From contig NEEC01000015.1 in NCBI GenBank assembly GCA_002189035.1, forward strand, positions 2,505,515-2,569,514: a stretch of 64,000 nucleotides of DNA, given 5' to 3'. This document shows, piece by piece, positions 39,721 to 51,819 of the stretch. The DNA comes from Utricularia gibba. Its lineage: Eukaryota; Plantae; Magnoliophyta. Position numbers and translations under genes: made by a program. Position 1 is the first letter of the stretch, and each line of letters begins with the position of its first letter. The notes below the pieces were generated by a model. It ran no database searches. It was not told the origin of the DNA and was given only the letters and a program-made list of their open reading frames with translations.

Positions 39721-40682
39721 TCAATTGTGAATCGGAGATTTCCGACGCGGCGGCAGATAGTCCATTGCCAAGAAACCCTCATCCTTAAGATTCATGTCCA
39801 GCATCATACTCGCTCGTCCTCCTCCTCGCCCCGAATCCCCAGCCTGACAAGAGCTCCGCTAATCACACACAGGAAAAGTTTAAGAAAGGAGAAGACTGGT
39901 AAAAAGTATAGGGAGGCGCAGGTGATCAGACAAGGGCGAAGAAATGTCACTCTCGAATTTACATGGAAGAGGCGAATGCCTGCCATTTGATGTACTGTGC
40001 GAATGGAGTTGAGTACAGTAAAGGGTCCACATTTTATCGTAGTACACCATATATGAGCCTCGGTGAAATGCTCATATCTTATGTTGCTACAAATTTGCAG
40101 TTTTAGCTTTTCTACTTTGAATGGGCTTTGTGAGATCAGGGTTTCCGAGGTGTCTTGGTTACGATCCCACCCAGCTCAGGTTTAGTGAGAGACCCATGAG
40201 CTGAATCTAATCTCTCAGAGGTGACGTCTATCAGAGAAACATACTCGACAGGTGTGTGTTGAAAAAATACGTTGTTTTGTACATGGTGGATTTTTGTACC
40301 TCAGATCTTGCTGCTTGATTCTCCCAATCACGTGAACTCTTCTTCCCTGTAGGAGATGTGGTCAAAAGAACAGCCGTAAAAAAAAAGAAAAGAAAAATGT
40401 TGCGACGGTAGCGTTGAAGAACCTGATTCCGTTAGCAGTTTCCTTGTGTGTGCGACAGGTGTTGGCTTTTCCGACCAGGCAGCATGGAATGCGGGGAAGT
40501 TTGGGTTCTGAGTCAGTTTAAAAGTGAAGAAAACAAAGTAGAAACGTTTTGCAGAAGGGTGTTGGTTTAAGACGAACCTTCGAGGTGGGGAAGCACGGCG
40601 TCGCCGCCACCGCCTGAGACGACGGAGATGCATGCATGATGTGGAACGTGAGGAAGACGAAGAAGCAGAATCTGAGAGGCAT
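39721..40682 (-). CDS. RGF/GOLVEN/CLEL sulfated signalling peptide precursor (mature DYLPPRRKSPIHN); missed by the ORF track
   Basis: Signal peptide MPLRFCFFVFLTFHIMHASPSSQA. Exons splice in frame via GT-AG (...RKLLTES|GKKSS...RSE|RSSCQ...). Last exon ends DEGFLAMDYLPPRRKSPIHN* (39724-39762). Confidence 0.85.
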
Positions 40683-41202
40683 CGTGTGATGAAGAGAGAG
40701 AGAGACAGAGAGAGAGAGAGCTTTCAGTGTCTCAAGTGTCCGGCTTCCAAGGGGACACGGCTGGCTGGCATTTGTGTTGCAAGTTTGTATCCTCATTTAT
40801 CTATATTATGTAGCATGTACCTTTCAATATCTATCTACATGGTCTTGAAATTAATGATTTGATGTATCAGAAAAACATGCATGAAATACATTTTAGATAC
40901 AATCTATTAATATTAATATACACTCTATTATCTATTTAATTATATCATGCTAACTTTTTGATATAAAATTCATGTAATATATTATATATAAAATATTTCA
41001 TTTTCACCCCAACATAAAAACTAAAACTAAAAATAAAATATCATATTCATTTTATGCAAGTAAATTGAATATCATATATTTATAATACTTTTAAGATTCT
41101 ATTTCTCATTTGGTGAATCGTAAGCATAAGCAATGGAAACTACAAAGTATGCTGCGCATGGGCGTTTGAGGGTGGCCGCCGTGTGACATCATCCCCTTTT
41201 TC

Positions 41203-43256
41203 TCAGGAGAAGAAGGTGTAGCTCTTGGCCTGGACGATGATCTGCTGGAGCCCTCCGATCGGGGAAATCACCATCAGCAGCACTCCAAGAACGATGCAAA
41301 TCTGCCAGTTTTCTGTTTTCAGTGAACAATCTCAGTGAATGCAACCTATTTTCGAATTGGTAGCTGCAGTTACCCAATTGGTGAACCACGACAGGGAGAA
41401 TCTTCTGGGCTTGCGGATGGCGAGCCACATGATGCAGGGAAGCTGGACGAAATTCAGCGGTTTGAGATTCAGACAGGTGCAGAGGGGCAAAAGTGAGTGC
41501 AGAAGCAGTTTATGGCTTACGAAGTATGTGGTTGGGGCGAAGGCGAAGCCACCGAAGAACCCGAGAAGGCCGCCGAAGAAGGGAAAAGACATGCCCACGA
41601 TCATGGTGAATGCTGGAAATCAAGAAACCGTAGGGGATGACACAGGAGAAGAGACAGGGCATGGAGGAGTGATGAGATCAGATGCACTGTACCAACGTAG
41701 ATGTTTCGTGTGATGAACCGGAGCTGCCAAGTCGGCTTGAATCGCATTTGCTTTACCAGGACCGTCTCCATCATGTCGAAAACCGGCATTGCGTACACCT
41801 GGAAAGGGAAGCAGCTGAGCTCGGAACAGCTGAAGCAGTGGGTGTGTTCATGTGTTGGTTTTGTGTACCTGATAGCTTCCGATGACATGAACCACGACGA
41901 ATAAGTTGGCCATGGCGATCAACCAAGCGGGCTTCTCCAAGGAAATGAGGATGTCATCCTGTACGACGTTGCCGAACATCCAGTAGCCGATGAACGCCAC
42001 CGGGAAGTAGCACAGGGCTACGATGATGTACGCAACGACGACGCCTCGCCACATGGGGATCTTCGACGGCTTCTCCGGCGTCGAAGGCATCGCGGCTTGA
42101 ATCTCTAGAACAACGTTGTGCCCGGCGTACGCGTTCGCGACATCCCCCAACGCGCTCAGGATGTTGAAAACAGTTCCCGATGTTGTCGAGGCTGCATAGC
42201 CGTACTCCACATTTGGCTGCACTCCCTTGTGCACGGACGCCGTCCAGGCAATCGTGGAGTAACTAAACAACCACCGGAAGTAAATGAATGGTGATCGGCT
42301 TCTGCAAACAAGCCTCAAAAACTCAATCTACAACGGATCACTATGTGGGGTACCTCAAGGACATGACTGCTGCGGCTAATGAGACGCCGGAGATGGAATT
42401 GAAGTCGGGGAGATGGGAGAGCACGAAGTGCACAGATGCATATATGAAGATGAAGTATGTAAGCTTGATTTGCTTGCAATCCCTACACACCAACTCATGG
42501 AATTTCTTGAGTGACCTTCCACCCGTCACCATGTACACGATGTCGATTCCAACCTCGCAGACCAGCTGTTGAGGGACGACGATGTACAGACCCAGCTTGT
42601 CTCCGAAGGCGTACTGTCCCAGTTCATGGTACCGATCGAACCGCCTTCCGGGAACCATCTCGTGCATCTCCACCATCTGCCACAAGGTGTAGAGGGTAAT
42701 GATCCATGACAGGATCATCACTGTGACTCCTGGTCCCCTGTCATCGCACTCTTAGTATTCGATTCGTGAGGTTTTTGGATGACAAGGAGTGTGTTTGGTT
42801 ACCATCCGAGCTCGGACATGGCGTAGGGGAGGCTGAGGACTCCTGCTCCGACCATGGCGGTGACATTGTGGAAAGCAGAGTACCACCATTTGGCTGTTCT
42901 TTTGGCTGTGATGGGAAGCCATGCGTCGATTGCCTTCTCCTCTTCAGTCCGATTGTCCACAAATTCCTATCACACACAACCGCCACATACAAACCTGGTT
43001 TACAGGATACAAAAAATTCACTCTTGCGAAGAACAAGACGAAAAAATCAACCCCTCCAGAAGCCTGTAAACTCACTTCTGATTCAGTTAGAATGCGTATG
43101 CATACCATTTTAAATTCATGTAATAGCACACCCATCTAAACCCAAATTCTCTCAGCTCTCAGAAGGAAATCTCATAGTGCTTATGATCCTCGACTTGGCC
43201 GAAGGCCTAACAAGAACACTTACGTCTTTGGAGTAGCTGTCCCCTTCTGCTCCCAT
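41203..43256 (-). CDS. Lysine-histidine transporter (LHT1/2-like) amino-acid permease, multi-exon
   Basis: Exon 1 [11 protein letters not shown]|, then [86 protein letters not shown], ending AKSYTFFS*. Confidence 0.95.
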
Positions 43257-43328
43257 GCTGAGATCCAAAGCAGGAACAGAAGAAACTACCCACTTCCACT
43301 TACCTTCCCTTTTACCTGCACTGCAACT

Positions 43329-43336
43329 TATTTATA
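43329..43336 (-). promoter_or_regulatory. TATA box of the LHT gene (TATAAATA)
   Basis: Minus-strand TATAAATA about 73 nt upstream of the ATG at 43256. Confidence 0.6.
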
Positions 43337-43361
43337 TTTGAAGATCTTCATTTAAAAACAG

Positions 43362-43807
43362 TGTCAGCAAGTGGTGGAGCAACGAAGATCCGGGAAGTCT
43401 CAACCCGCGAAGATGAATGGCGCGCGACCTCTGTTCCTCCCATGAGAAGCAACCCTCAATTAGATTGGGAAAAAGGCCTTATCATACTTGGGCCTCAACA
43501 TTCCAAACTACTGGCCCAAGAAGAAGCATCTGAAGCCCAGTCCATGAAAGAAGTCCTAGTAAATTCTGGCTGCTACACAGTAGATGAACAAGAGGACTAA
43601 TCTACAGACTAAAGGCAACGGTCATATTTTAGGCCTGATATGATCCAACGGGCAACTCTCCTCATCTATATAAATCCCTGTTTGCTTTATGAAAAAAAAG
43701 GAAAGTTCTTTTCGATCCAAAAACAATAGTCAATATCCACAAACTTCAACATTCTCTCAACGTTCAACCAAGTCTCCAACAAAATCAAGCAGCCAAAAAT
43801 ACTTTTA
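43362..43807 (+). repeat. 5' LTR (TG...TA), TATA at 43667-43674
   Basis: No difference from 48484-48929 found on base-by-base reading. Confidence 0.97.
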
Positions 43808-43825
43808 TGGTGAACCCGACGTGAA
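43808..43825 (+). promoter_or_regulatory. Primer-binding site complementary to the 3' end of plant tRNA-Trp(CCA)
   Basis: TGGTGAACCCGACGTGAA is the reverse complement of TTCACGTCGGGTTCACCA (recalled plant tRNA-Trp 3' end). Directly abuts the LTR. Confidence 0.85.
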
Positions 43826-43872
43826 GATACTTCACCGACTCCCATCTCCTCTTATCATTGCAGTCTCTCAGA

Positions 43873-46800
43873 ATGGCAGCCCTCCAACAAGCTCCTCCAA
43901 TCTTCACTGGTCAGCGCTACGCTTCTTGGGCAGTACGAATGGAAAGTTACCTGCAAATGAACGACTTATGGTCTGTGGTGGATCCTGTACGTCCAGACTC
44001 CTCTGAAATAGCCACAGCAGAAAGTCTCAAACTCACAGATGCTCAAGTAAAGAAAGCTAAGTATGCTCTGGATCAAGCCTTATCTGAAGAAGTGTTCAAC
44101 CGTGTTATGCTACTGAAAAGTCCCAAAGACATCTGGAAAAAATTGGAGGAATTCTACGGAGAGGATACGGAAGCCCGTGAGAGCCGCATTCAACGTCAAT
44201 GGGAGCTCTTTGACAACCTGAAATTCTTACCAGGTATGAGTATCTCTCATTTTTCAGAAACGCTAATCAAAATTGTCACTGAGTTACAGACCTTGGGAGA
44301 GCCCTTGGAAGACAGAAGAATTAAATCAAAAATACTCAGTTCCCTACCGCGGTCCTTTGCCCCTGTAGTCACTACTTTGCGGGTCACAGGCATTCACTCC
44401 ATATCCTCCAGAAAACTACTAGAAAGACTCAGTGAATCCGAAGTTGAAGTCGGACTTGGTGAAGGCCAGGAACTTGCCTTCAAGGCAACAGAAAATCAGA
44501 AAGGCTATGGTTCTCAATCATCAAATGAACCGGTGATCTTTCAAGCAAAAATTGAGAAACCAAGTACTGGAGATTCATGCCCATTCTGCAAGCGAAAAGG
44601 CCATTCACCAACACAATGTTTCTGGAGCCCTGACGCCAAATGCCTGTACTGTTCTCTCCAAGGTCATGTGGACAAAGTGTGTCCCCTGAAAAAATACCAT
44701 CAGATTGGAGGAAAGGCTGCAGATCCTAAGGACAAACTTACTAGCGCTATGAATGATGTAAATCTCGCAGCTGAAATGAATAAGAAGAAGATTGATATTT
44801 ACTCTCTGCGCCGCAAAACTCTAATCACATCATTTGTGGATCTAAGGAAACAAGACATCTGGTTTATCGATAGCGGATGCAGTCATCATATAACCAACGA
44901 CAAGAGTCTATTCACAACCTTCATCGAGCTAACTGGGAAAGTAATCGAAATTGCTGATGGAAATCACTTACAGGTCATCGGTCAAGGAACAGTTTGCCTT
45001 GAAACTGTCCAGAAATTAATCAAGATCACAGACGTGTATCTGGTGCCCCAGGCCTACCACAATCTACTAAGCACTGGCCAGCTGGTTGAAAAGGGGATGA
45101 AAGTTCATCTGGAAAGTAATGAGTGCAAAATATTAGATGAAGAAGATAATATACTCCTTACGGTTGCTATGACTGATAGGGTCTTTCCACTGCTTCCGAA
45201 TGCTACATCCATCGATTACAACATTTGCCTCAAGTCCCTAGAATCATCTGAGATTTGGCACCAACGGTTAGGTCACCATCACTATGCCTCCCTTATATCC
45301 ATGAAGAAGAGAAACCTGGCAGAGGGGATTCCTAATATAATTCCTGAGGAAAAACACTGCAGAATATGCTTTCAAGGGAAGATGAGCCGAACACCACTCC
45401 CTAAGTCCAGCATTCATTCTCAGAAAAAATTGGAAGTTGTTACCAGTGACGTCTGTGGGCCCATGGCCTCTCCTACTCGAGCCGGCAACAAATATTACGT
45501 GATCTTTATTGACGAATATTCAAAGTATACCTGGATCTATCTCCTGAAGCATAAATCAGAGGTTTTGCACCACTTCCAAGTCTTCAAGGTCCTTGCAGAA
45601 ACTCAAAGCAATAGTAAGATTCTAACACTCCGGTCAGACAACGGAGGTGAGTACAAATCAACTGAACTGAGACACATTTGTGAGACAAATGGTATTACTC
45701 ACCAGTTTACAACGCCATATACGCCAGAGCAGAACGGCATATGTGAACGAAAGAACAGGACAATAGTCAATATGGCTCGGTGTCTACTCTATCAAAAACA
45801 CTTACCTCTAGAATTCTGGGGCGAAGCAGTCAACACAGCCGTGTATCTGTTGAACCGCCTGCCAACCAAAGGAAATAAAGACTGTAAAACTCCTTATGAG
45901 CTATGGTACAACAAAATTCCAAGCCTAGATCACATGAAGGTATTTGGATCACCCTGCTATATATACATTCCAAAGGAGAAGAGATCAAAATGGGACAAAA
46001 GATCTGATGAAGGAATTTTCCTGGGATATAGCAATACAAGTAAAGCCTACAGGGTACTGAATCTAAGAACAAATGAGGTGGAACTCAGTCGTGATGTAAC
46101 AGTAGACGAGACTAGAATTTACAACTGGAGTTCCTCGACAACACATGACAAAAATCATTCTTATTCAGAAAATATATGGAATTTATTCCCTCAACAAGGA
46201 CATGATGCAACAACCGAACCCCTCAGCATCCACCCAGCGAGGAACAGTCCTAGTCAAGACTCTATTCAACAAGAAATGACAGCCTCAGGAACAAATATGT
46301 TAAGGGTCCAAGCAACCCTAGAAGATCAAATCACAAACTCAAATGATCGAGCCTCAAACTCAACAGATTTAAGAGGACACTCGGTGTCAACGACAGACAT
46401 CCTAGAAGTCTCTAATAGCGAAAATTTGCCACCACCTAGTCCTGATGTTCCGAGAACAATTGAGCCCGAAAGCCCCTGTACAACAGAAGATCCTGTTAAT
46501 ACCCAACAGTTTCCAGAAGGCTCCTTGGCCACTACTATCGAAGACATGAGATATGAGGATGCAGACTCAGAGCACATACCTGAACAAACTCTAGAATGTC
46601 ATGAAACCCTCATCAACAGCATCAGAAATCCAAAGGAAATCACTGAGCTATCATCAACCGATACATCAGAAGAAGAAAACTCATCAGGAGAAGATGAAGA
46701 AACTCAAAACCGAGGACCCAACCTAGCAGCAAGAAATCCTATACTCATTCCCTCACCTCAAAGGCAAAGTTACCTGGAAGATTACGGACAAGAAGGGGTT

Positions 46801-48722
46801 CCTTACACCCCACATCATCTATGTATGGATCTGAAACAAAATGAAGACAGCTCACCTGTGCGAGGATATGCACCAATCAACGATATCTATGATAGGGCAT
46901 TGAGCACCTATGAACCAGCAAGCGTTCAGGAAGCTCTCGCTGACCCAGATTGGAAGAAATCCATAGACGAAGAATTCAACTCCATCCAGAAACACGGCGT
47001 TTGGACAGCAGTGCCTAAGCCGAAGCAGAAAAAACCTCTGGACCTAAAATTCATATTCCGTCCCAAGTTAAATCCTGATGGCACTCTGAACAAAAGAAAA
47101 TCCAGACTGGTGGTAAAGGGATATTTACAGAAAGAAGGGATTGATTACCTGGAAACCTTCGCTCCGGTGGCAAGATTAGACACCATTAAGCTGATTATTG
47201 CACTTGCGGCCTGCAACAAGTGGTATTTACATCATCTGGACATAAAAACGGCCTTTCTGCATGGAGAGTTAAGCGAAGACATATATGTGAACCCCCTCCA
47301 GGTTTCATCATCCGAGATAATCCAGAATATGTACTGAAATTAAATAAAGCTTTATACGGACTCAAGCAGGCCCCCAAAGAATGGTATACTACCATTGACA
47401 CTTTCTTTCTAGAGCTGGGATATACAAGAAGTCAAAATGATACTACATTATACATATCTGAGGATATCCAAGGAAAAGTTATTGTCTCCTTATACGTAGA
47501 CGACATTCTAATCACAGGCAGCAGTGAAGAACGAATTTCTGAATTACAGAAGCTATTGCAGCAAAGATTTGAACTCACCAATCTGGGACATGCACGTTAT
47601 TTCCTAGGAATGGAGATCATTCAACATAAAGACTTCATATTTTTGAACCAACGTAGATATACAGAGGAACTACTCAAAAAATACAGCATGGAATCATCAA
47701 AAGTATCTACTACTCCTTTCTCACCAGAAGTTAGAAAGAAATTATCTGACCTTAATTCTCATCCAGTTGACTCTCATAACTACCAGAAACTCATTGGCGC
47801 TCTGATGTATTTAACTGCTACTAGACCGGATATAACCTTCGCCGTATCATTTCTGGCCAGATTCATGCATCAGCCACACAACACACACCTGGAAATAGCA
47901 ACACGTATCCTGAAATATTTGAAGGCCACAACTTCCTTTGGTTTATATTACAAGAAAGGTACTAACCCTATTTTGCAGGGATTTGTTGATTCAGACTTTG
48001 CTGGCGACGAACAAGATTGTAAATCTACCACAGGCTATCTATTCAACTTAGGATCAGCGGTATTTTCATGGAACAGCAAGAAACAAGCCGTCACTGCACA
48101 ATCATCGGCAGAAGCCGAATACATCGCAGGAGCTGCTGCTGCCAACCATGCGCAATGGTTGGTGAAATTATGCGATGACCTGAAAATTCAAATTACAAGA
48201 CCGATAATACTCAAGATAGATAACAAATCTGCCATTAGCATCGCAAAAAATCCTGTGATGTTCGGTCGGACCAAGCACATCAAGCTTAAATACCATATAC
48301 TCAGAGATTATGTGAAGGAAGGACTGATTAAACTTGAGTACTTACCATCGGATGAGCAACCTGCAGATATTCTCACCAAATGCTTATTCCCAAGGAATTT
48401 CAACAGAATCAGAGAAATGCTGGGAATTCGGAGAAATCCTCTTGTGACAACAGCCGGATCTTCATTACTCCCTCAGGGAGGAATGTCAGCAAGTGGTGGA
48501 GCAACGAAGATCCGGGAAGTCTCAACCCGCGAAGATGAATGGCGCGCGACCTCTGTTCCTCCCATGAGAAGCAACCCTCAATTAGATTGGGAAAAAGGCC
48601 TTATCATACTTGGGCCTCAACATTCCAAACTACTGGCCCAAGAAGAAGCATCTGAAGCCCAGTCCATGAAAGAAGTCCTAGTAAATTCTGGCTGCTACAC
48701 AGTAGATGAACAAGAGGACTAA
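43873..48722 (+). CDS. Copia gag-pol polyprotein; single apparent -1 shift at C5 run 47292-47296; frame ends inside the 3' LTR
   Basis: Two CCHC knuckles, protease WFIDSGCSHH, WHQRLGH, integrase SDVCGP/SDNGGEY/EQNGICERKNRT, RT LYGLKQAP/YVDDILITG, RNase H DSDFAGD/AEAEY/DNKSA/ADILTK. Confidence 0.96.
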
Positions 48723-48929
48723 TCTACAGACTAAAGGCAACGGTCATATTTTAGGCCTGATATGATCCAACGGGCAACTCTCCTCATCTATATAAATCCC
48801 TGTTTGCTTTATGAAAAAAAAGGAAAGTTCTTTTCGATCCAAAAACAATAGTCAATATCCACAAACTTCAACATTCTCTCAACGTTCAACCAAGTCTCCA
48901 ACAAAATCAAGCAGCCAAAAATACTTTTA
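48484..48929 (+). repeat. 3' LTR (TG...TA)
   Basis: Follows the PPT, identical to the 5' LTR, followed by TSD AACAG. Confidence 0.97.
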
Positions 48930-49775
48930 AACAGCACCCAAGTTTCCCAGGAGACAAACCCCCACCCTAGAGAGCGGTAGCATGTCTTCCAAGGAGAAAC
49001 ACAACCGCCCAAAAAGAAAGGCGGATGTATCGCAGTTGAAGTTATTTCAAAAACATACATAGCGTTGAATCAGAAAGCAGTGGTCTTTCTTCAATGGGAG
49101 GAGCGCAAGTACCATAAGAATTTCTGCAGCAGTTCACCCATAAAGTCCAGGCAACTGGGAATAAAACAAACTGTATTTGATATTTTTGGGGATTTTTTTT
49201 AGAAAAAATCAAAACAAGAAAGAGAGGCTTTTTAATGTTTCCCAGGTAGCTTGTTCACAAAAGTCAAGCCACTTTCCCGATGGAATAAATGCCCAACTAG
49301 CCCATTCCTATTTATACAAAAAAAAGAAGAAGAAGAAAGAAATATTAATATATAATTAATATTATATGTATTTTTTATTTATTTCTTAATTTCCACATGT
49401 TTTTCCATTAAGGTATATTATTCTATAATTTTATTTCCTCAATGAACTGGTGCACTTGCGGTCGTTTTCAAAAAAGGACATGTTGGATGGGCCCCAGTTC
49501 CCGACAAGGGATAGGGGCCCGCGTCCGAAAGCATCAGCTAGAGAAACACTGATGGGCCCGTGGTGTAGGCCCAACTAGACACAATCGAAGAAGGCCCAGA
49601 TCCATGATGGCTTCTGACTCAATAAATTAATATTTAGGCTCCATTAAAAAAATTGATATTATTTTTTAAAATAACACACAGTATTTATTGAAAAAAGTCA
49701 AACAAAGGTCAACATATGTTATGGCTTGTGTGAATGTGATGCATACCCACTGTACGAAAGAACCCAGGTGATGAG

Positions 49776-51819
49776 TCAAGCGGCGGAGAGGACGCCGAGA
49801 TCGTTGTACGGCTTCTTCGATTGAGCCAGAGGATGTTTCCTCAGACCGCCGAAGCAGAGATAACGATTCATGAGTCTCCTTGTTCCCCAGAGATTGCGCT
49901 GGGTCTGCCTCCGCGCCTGCAGGGTATCACAAATCTCGCCGTCGCATTGAATGTCTCCTTTTCCGATGGCTTCCAAGGAACTCAAAGAAGAGAACGATAA
50001 CTTAGAGAATGAACTCGATCGCGATTTCTGGGGTCTCCCGTTTCTCTGTGCTGTTTCGGAAGCTTGCTTCTTTTTCGCCATTGGACTCGAATGGACTGAA
50101 AGGGGGCGTTTATTGCAGTAACCGCTGCTGATGTTGGAAGAAGAGGTTGCGGCGCCTGGCTTGGAGAATCTCTGCCGGAGAGGGATGTGAACTTGGTCTG
50201 AATTCGCGGTGGTGCATTTGACTTCCACCAGTTTCTTGATCTTCTCTGAGGTTTTGGACCATGTGTAAAGAATCCCTTTTCCGCGTGGATGACCTGCAGA
50301 AGAACAAGACTCGGGTTTCACGCCTTTCGGCGGCGGGCTGTTGTATATATCCGGAGAGATTGTGGTGCTCAGCCGATACGGTTCTGAGGGGGTCTCTATT
50401 CCGGTGTAGAGAAATATTTCGATGTCGCTGATCCGGAACGAGGTTCCGGGGCTGCTACCCATACTCTGTTTCCTGATATGGGAGGCGAATACTTTTCTCG
50501 CGGAGTAATCCTGCGTGCTGAAAATACCTCCGGCGGAAATCAGTTGCCTGGTGAGGATCTCTGATGACGGAGTGTTCGGCTTCCGGCGCAGAGTATCCAA
50601 AGGGGTTAACCCATCTCCATCCCGGATGTTTACATCGATTGATTCGACGGTCATTAGAAGCTCGACAAGATCGGAGTGAACGTTCTCCGTGATCGCTAGG
50701 TGGAGAGGAGTTTTCCCTTTGTTGGTCTGTGCGTTGATCACTTGTTGGATATTGAAAATTTCTCCGTTCAGTAACCGCTTCAGGAGATTGATTTGGTGAT
50801 CTACTGGGTGGAAACAGGGGTTCTGGAAGCCTGAGATGACAGCGTGGAGAAATGTTTCGCCTGCGTCGTTCCGAGCGGTGATGAGCGTCGGGGATGAGGA
50901 GATTAATGCTTCCACGGTGGATAAATGGCCTCTGTTTGCGGCCAAGTGCAGCGGCGTGTTGCCGTGGTTGTCTGTAGAAAACACCATCTCCGGTGCAGAA
51001 GAAAGCAAATCTGTCACCACCTGCAAAAATAATTTTTTTTCCGGGGGACAGAATCAGTCAGTCTCTGGAGTAGAAATTGAAGAGTTCTTCTTTTTTTTTT
51101 TCTATCGGATAGTTGTCTCACCTCAACCTGTCCACGGCCGGCGGCGGCGTGCAAAATCGTGGCGCCGTTAACATCTCTGTATCCCATCAAGGAGTCCTCG
51201 GATACGGAATCGCGCAAAAGCTCCTTGAGCAATTTGAGGTTACCGCCCCTCGCGGCGGCATGAAGAGCCCTATTCATGATTTCCAGCCTGTACGCCGACG
51301 GAATCGCGTCCCCGATTTGGTCCCCAAGGCGAGGAAAGGCCGCGAAATCGAGAACAATTCTGAAGACCTCCGTATTTTTGCTCCTCGCGGCGGCGTAAAG
51401 AATATCCGTAACCCCATATTCACCTTCCCCGAACACCAATAACGGATCTCGCCCAATAGTTCCTGTACAAAACCCAAATCCCCCGCAGAAGCCGCCGTGT
51501 AAAGAAGCCAACCGCCATATCCGCCACCATTTAATGGATCCTTCCCCTCTTTGCCCTGACACTCAATCAATAGATTCCTCGCCACCTCCGACCTGCACTT
51601 GGCGACATTCTGAAACTGCGCCTCGTCGTCCCAAACAGTCTCCAGTCTCCGGATTCTGCGAAGGGACGTCAGTTTGATGAGGTTGTTAGCGTCCAGTCGG
51701 ATAAGTTCACGCACGACGTCGTAATGCCCATTCGCCGCCGCCCAATCCACCGGAGACACGTACCACCACTGGTCCCCCGTGCTCTCCCATCTCAGCGGAA
51801 AGTTCATGGGCAGAGACAT
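49776..51819 (-). CDS. Ankyrin-repeat protein (At3g01750-like), 2 exons; apparent 1-bp deletion near 51453
   Basis: FPLRWESTGDQWWYVSPVDWAAANGHYDVVREL, GYGGWLLYTAASAGD, FGEGEYGVTDILYAAAR, GNTPLHLAA, GKTPLHLA. Confidence 0.93.

Larger units (their letters stand above)
43362..48929 (+). mobile_element. Full-length Ty1/Copia LTR retrotransposon (5568 bp), probably Ivana/Oryco-like lineage
   Basis: Two 446-bp LTRs, TSD AACAG (43357-61 and 48930-34), PBS 43808-25, PPT AGGGAGGAA 48475-83, domain order gag-PR-IN-RT-RH. Confidence 0.98.

Noticed and set aside
43361-43600. Independent 79-aa gene in the 5' LTR
   Set aside because: It starts with GTG made from the TSD base plus the LTR TG and lies upstream of the LTR TATA. 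Only the 3' LTR copy can plausibly be translated.
43689-43705. GAAAGTTCTTTTCG as a heat-shock element in the LTR
   Set aside because: It is an imperfect nGAAn repeat and lies downstream of the LTR TATA.
47292-47296. Programmed ribosomal frameshift in the Copia RT
   Set aside because: It lies mid-RT rather than at gag/pol, has no slippery heptamer or structure, and matches the homopolymer error pattern in host genes.
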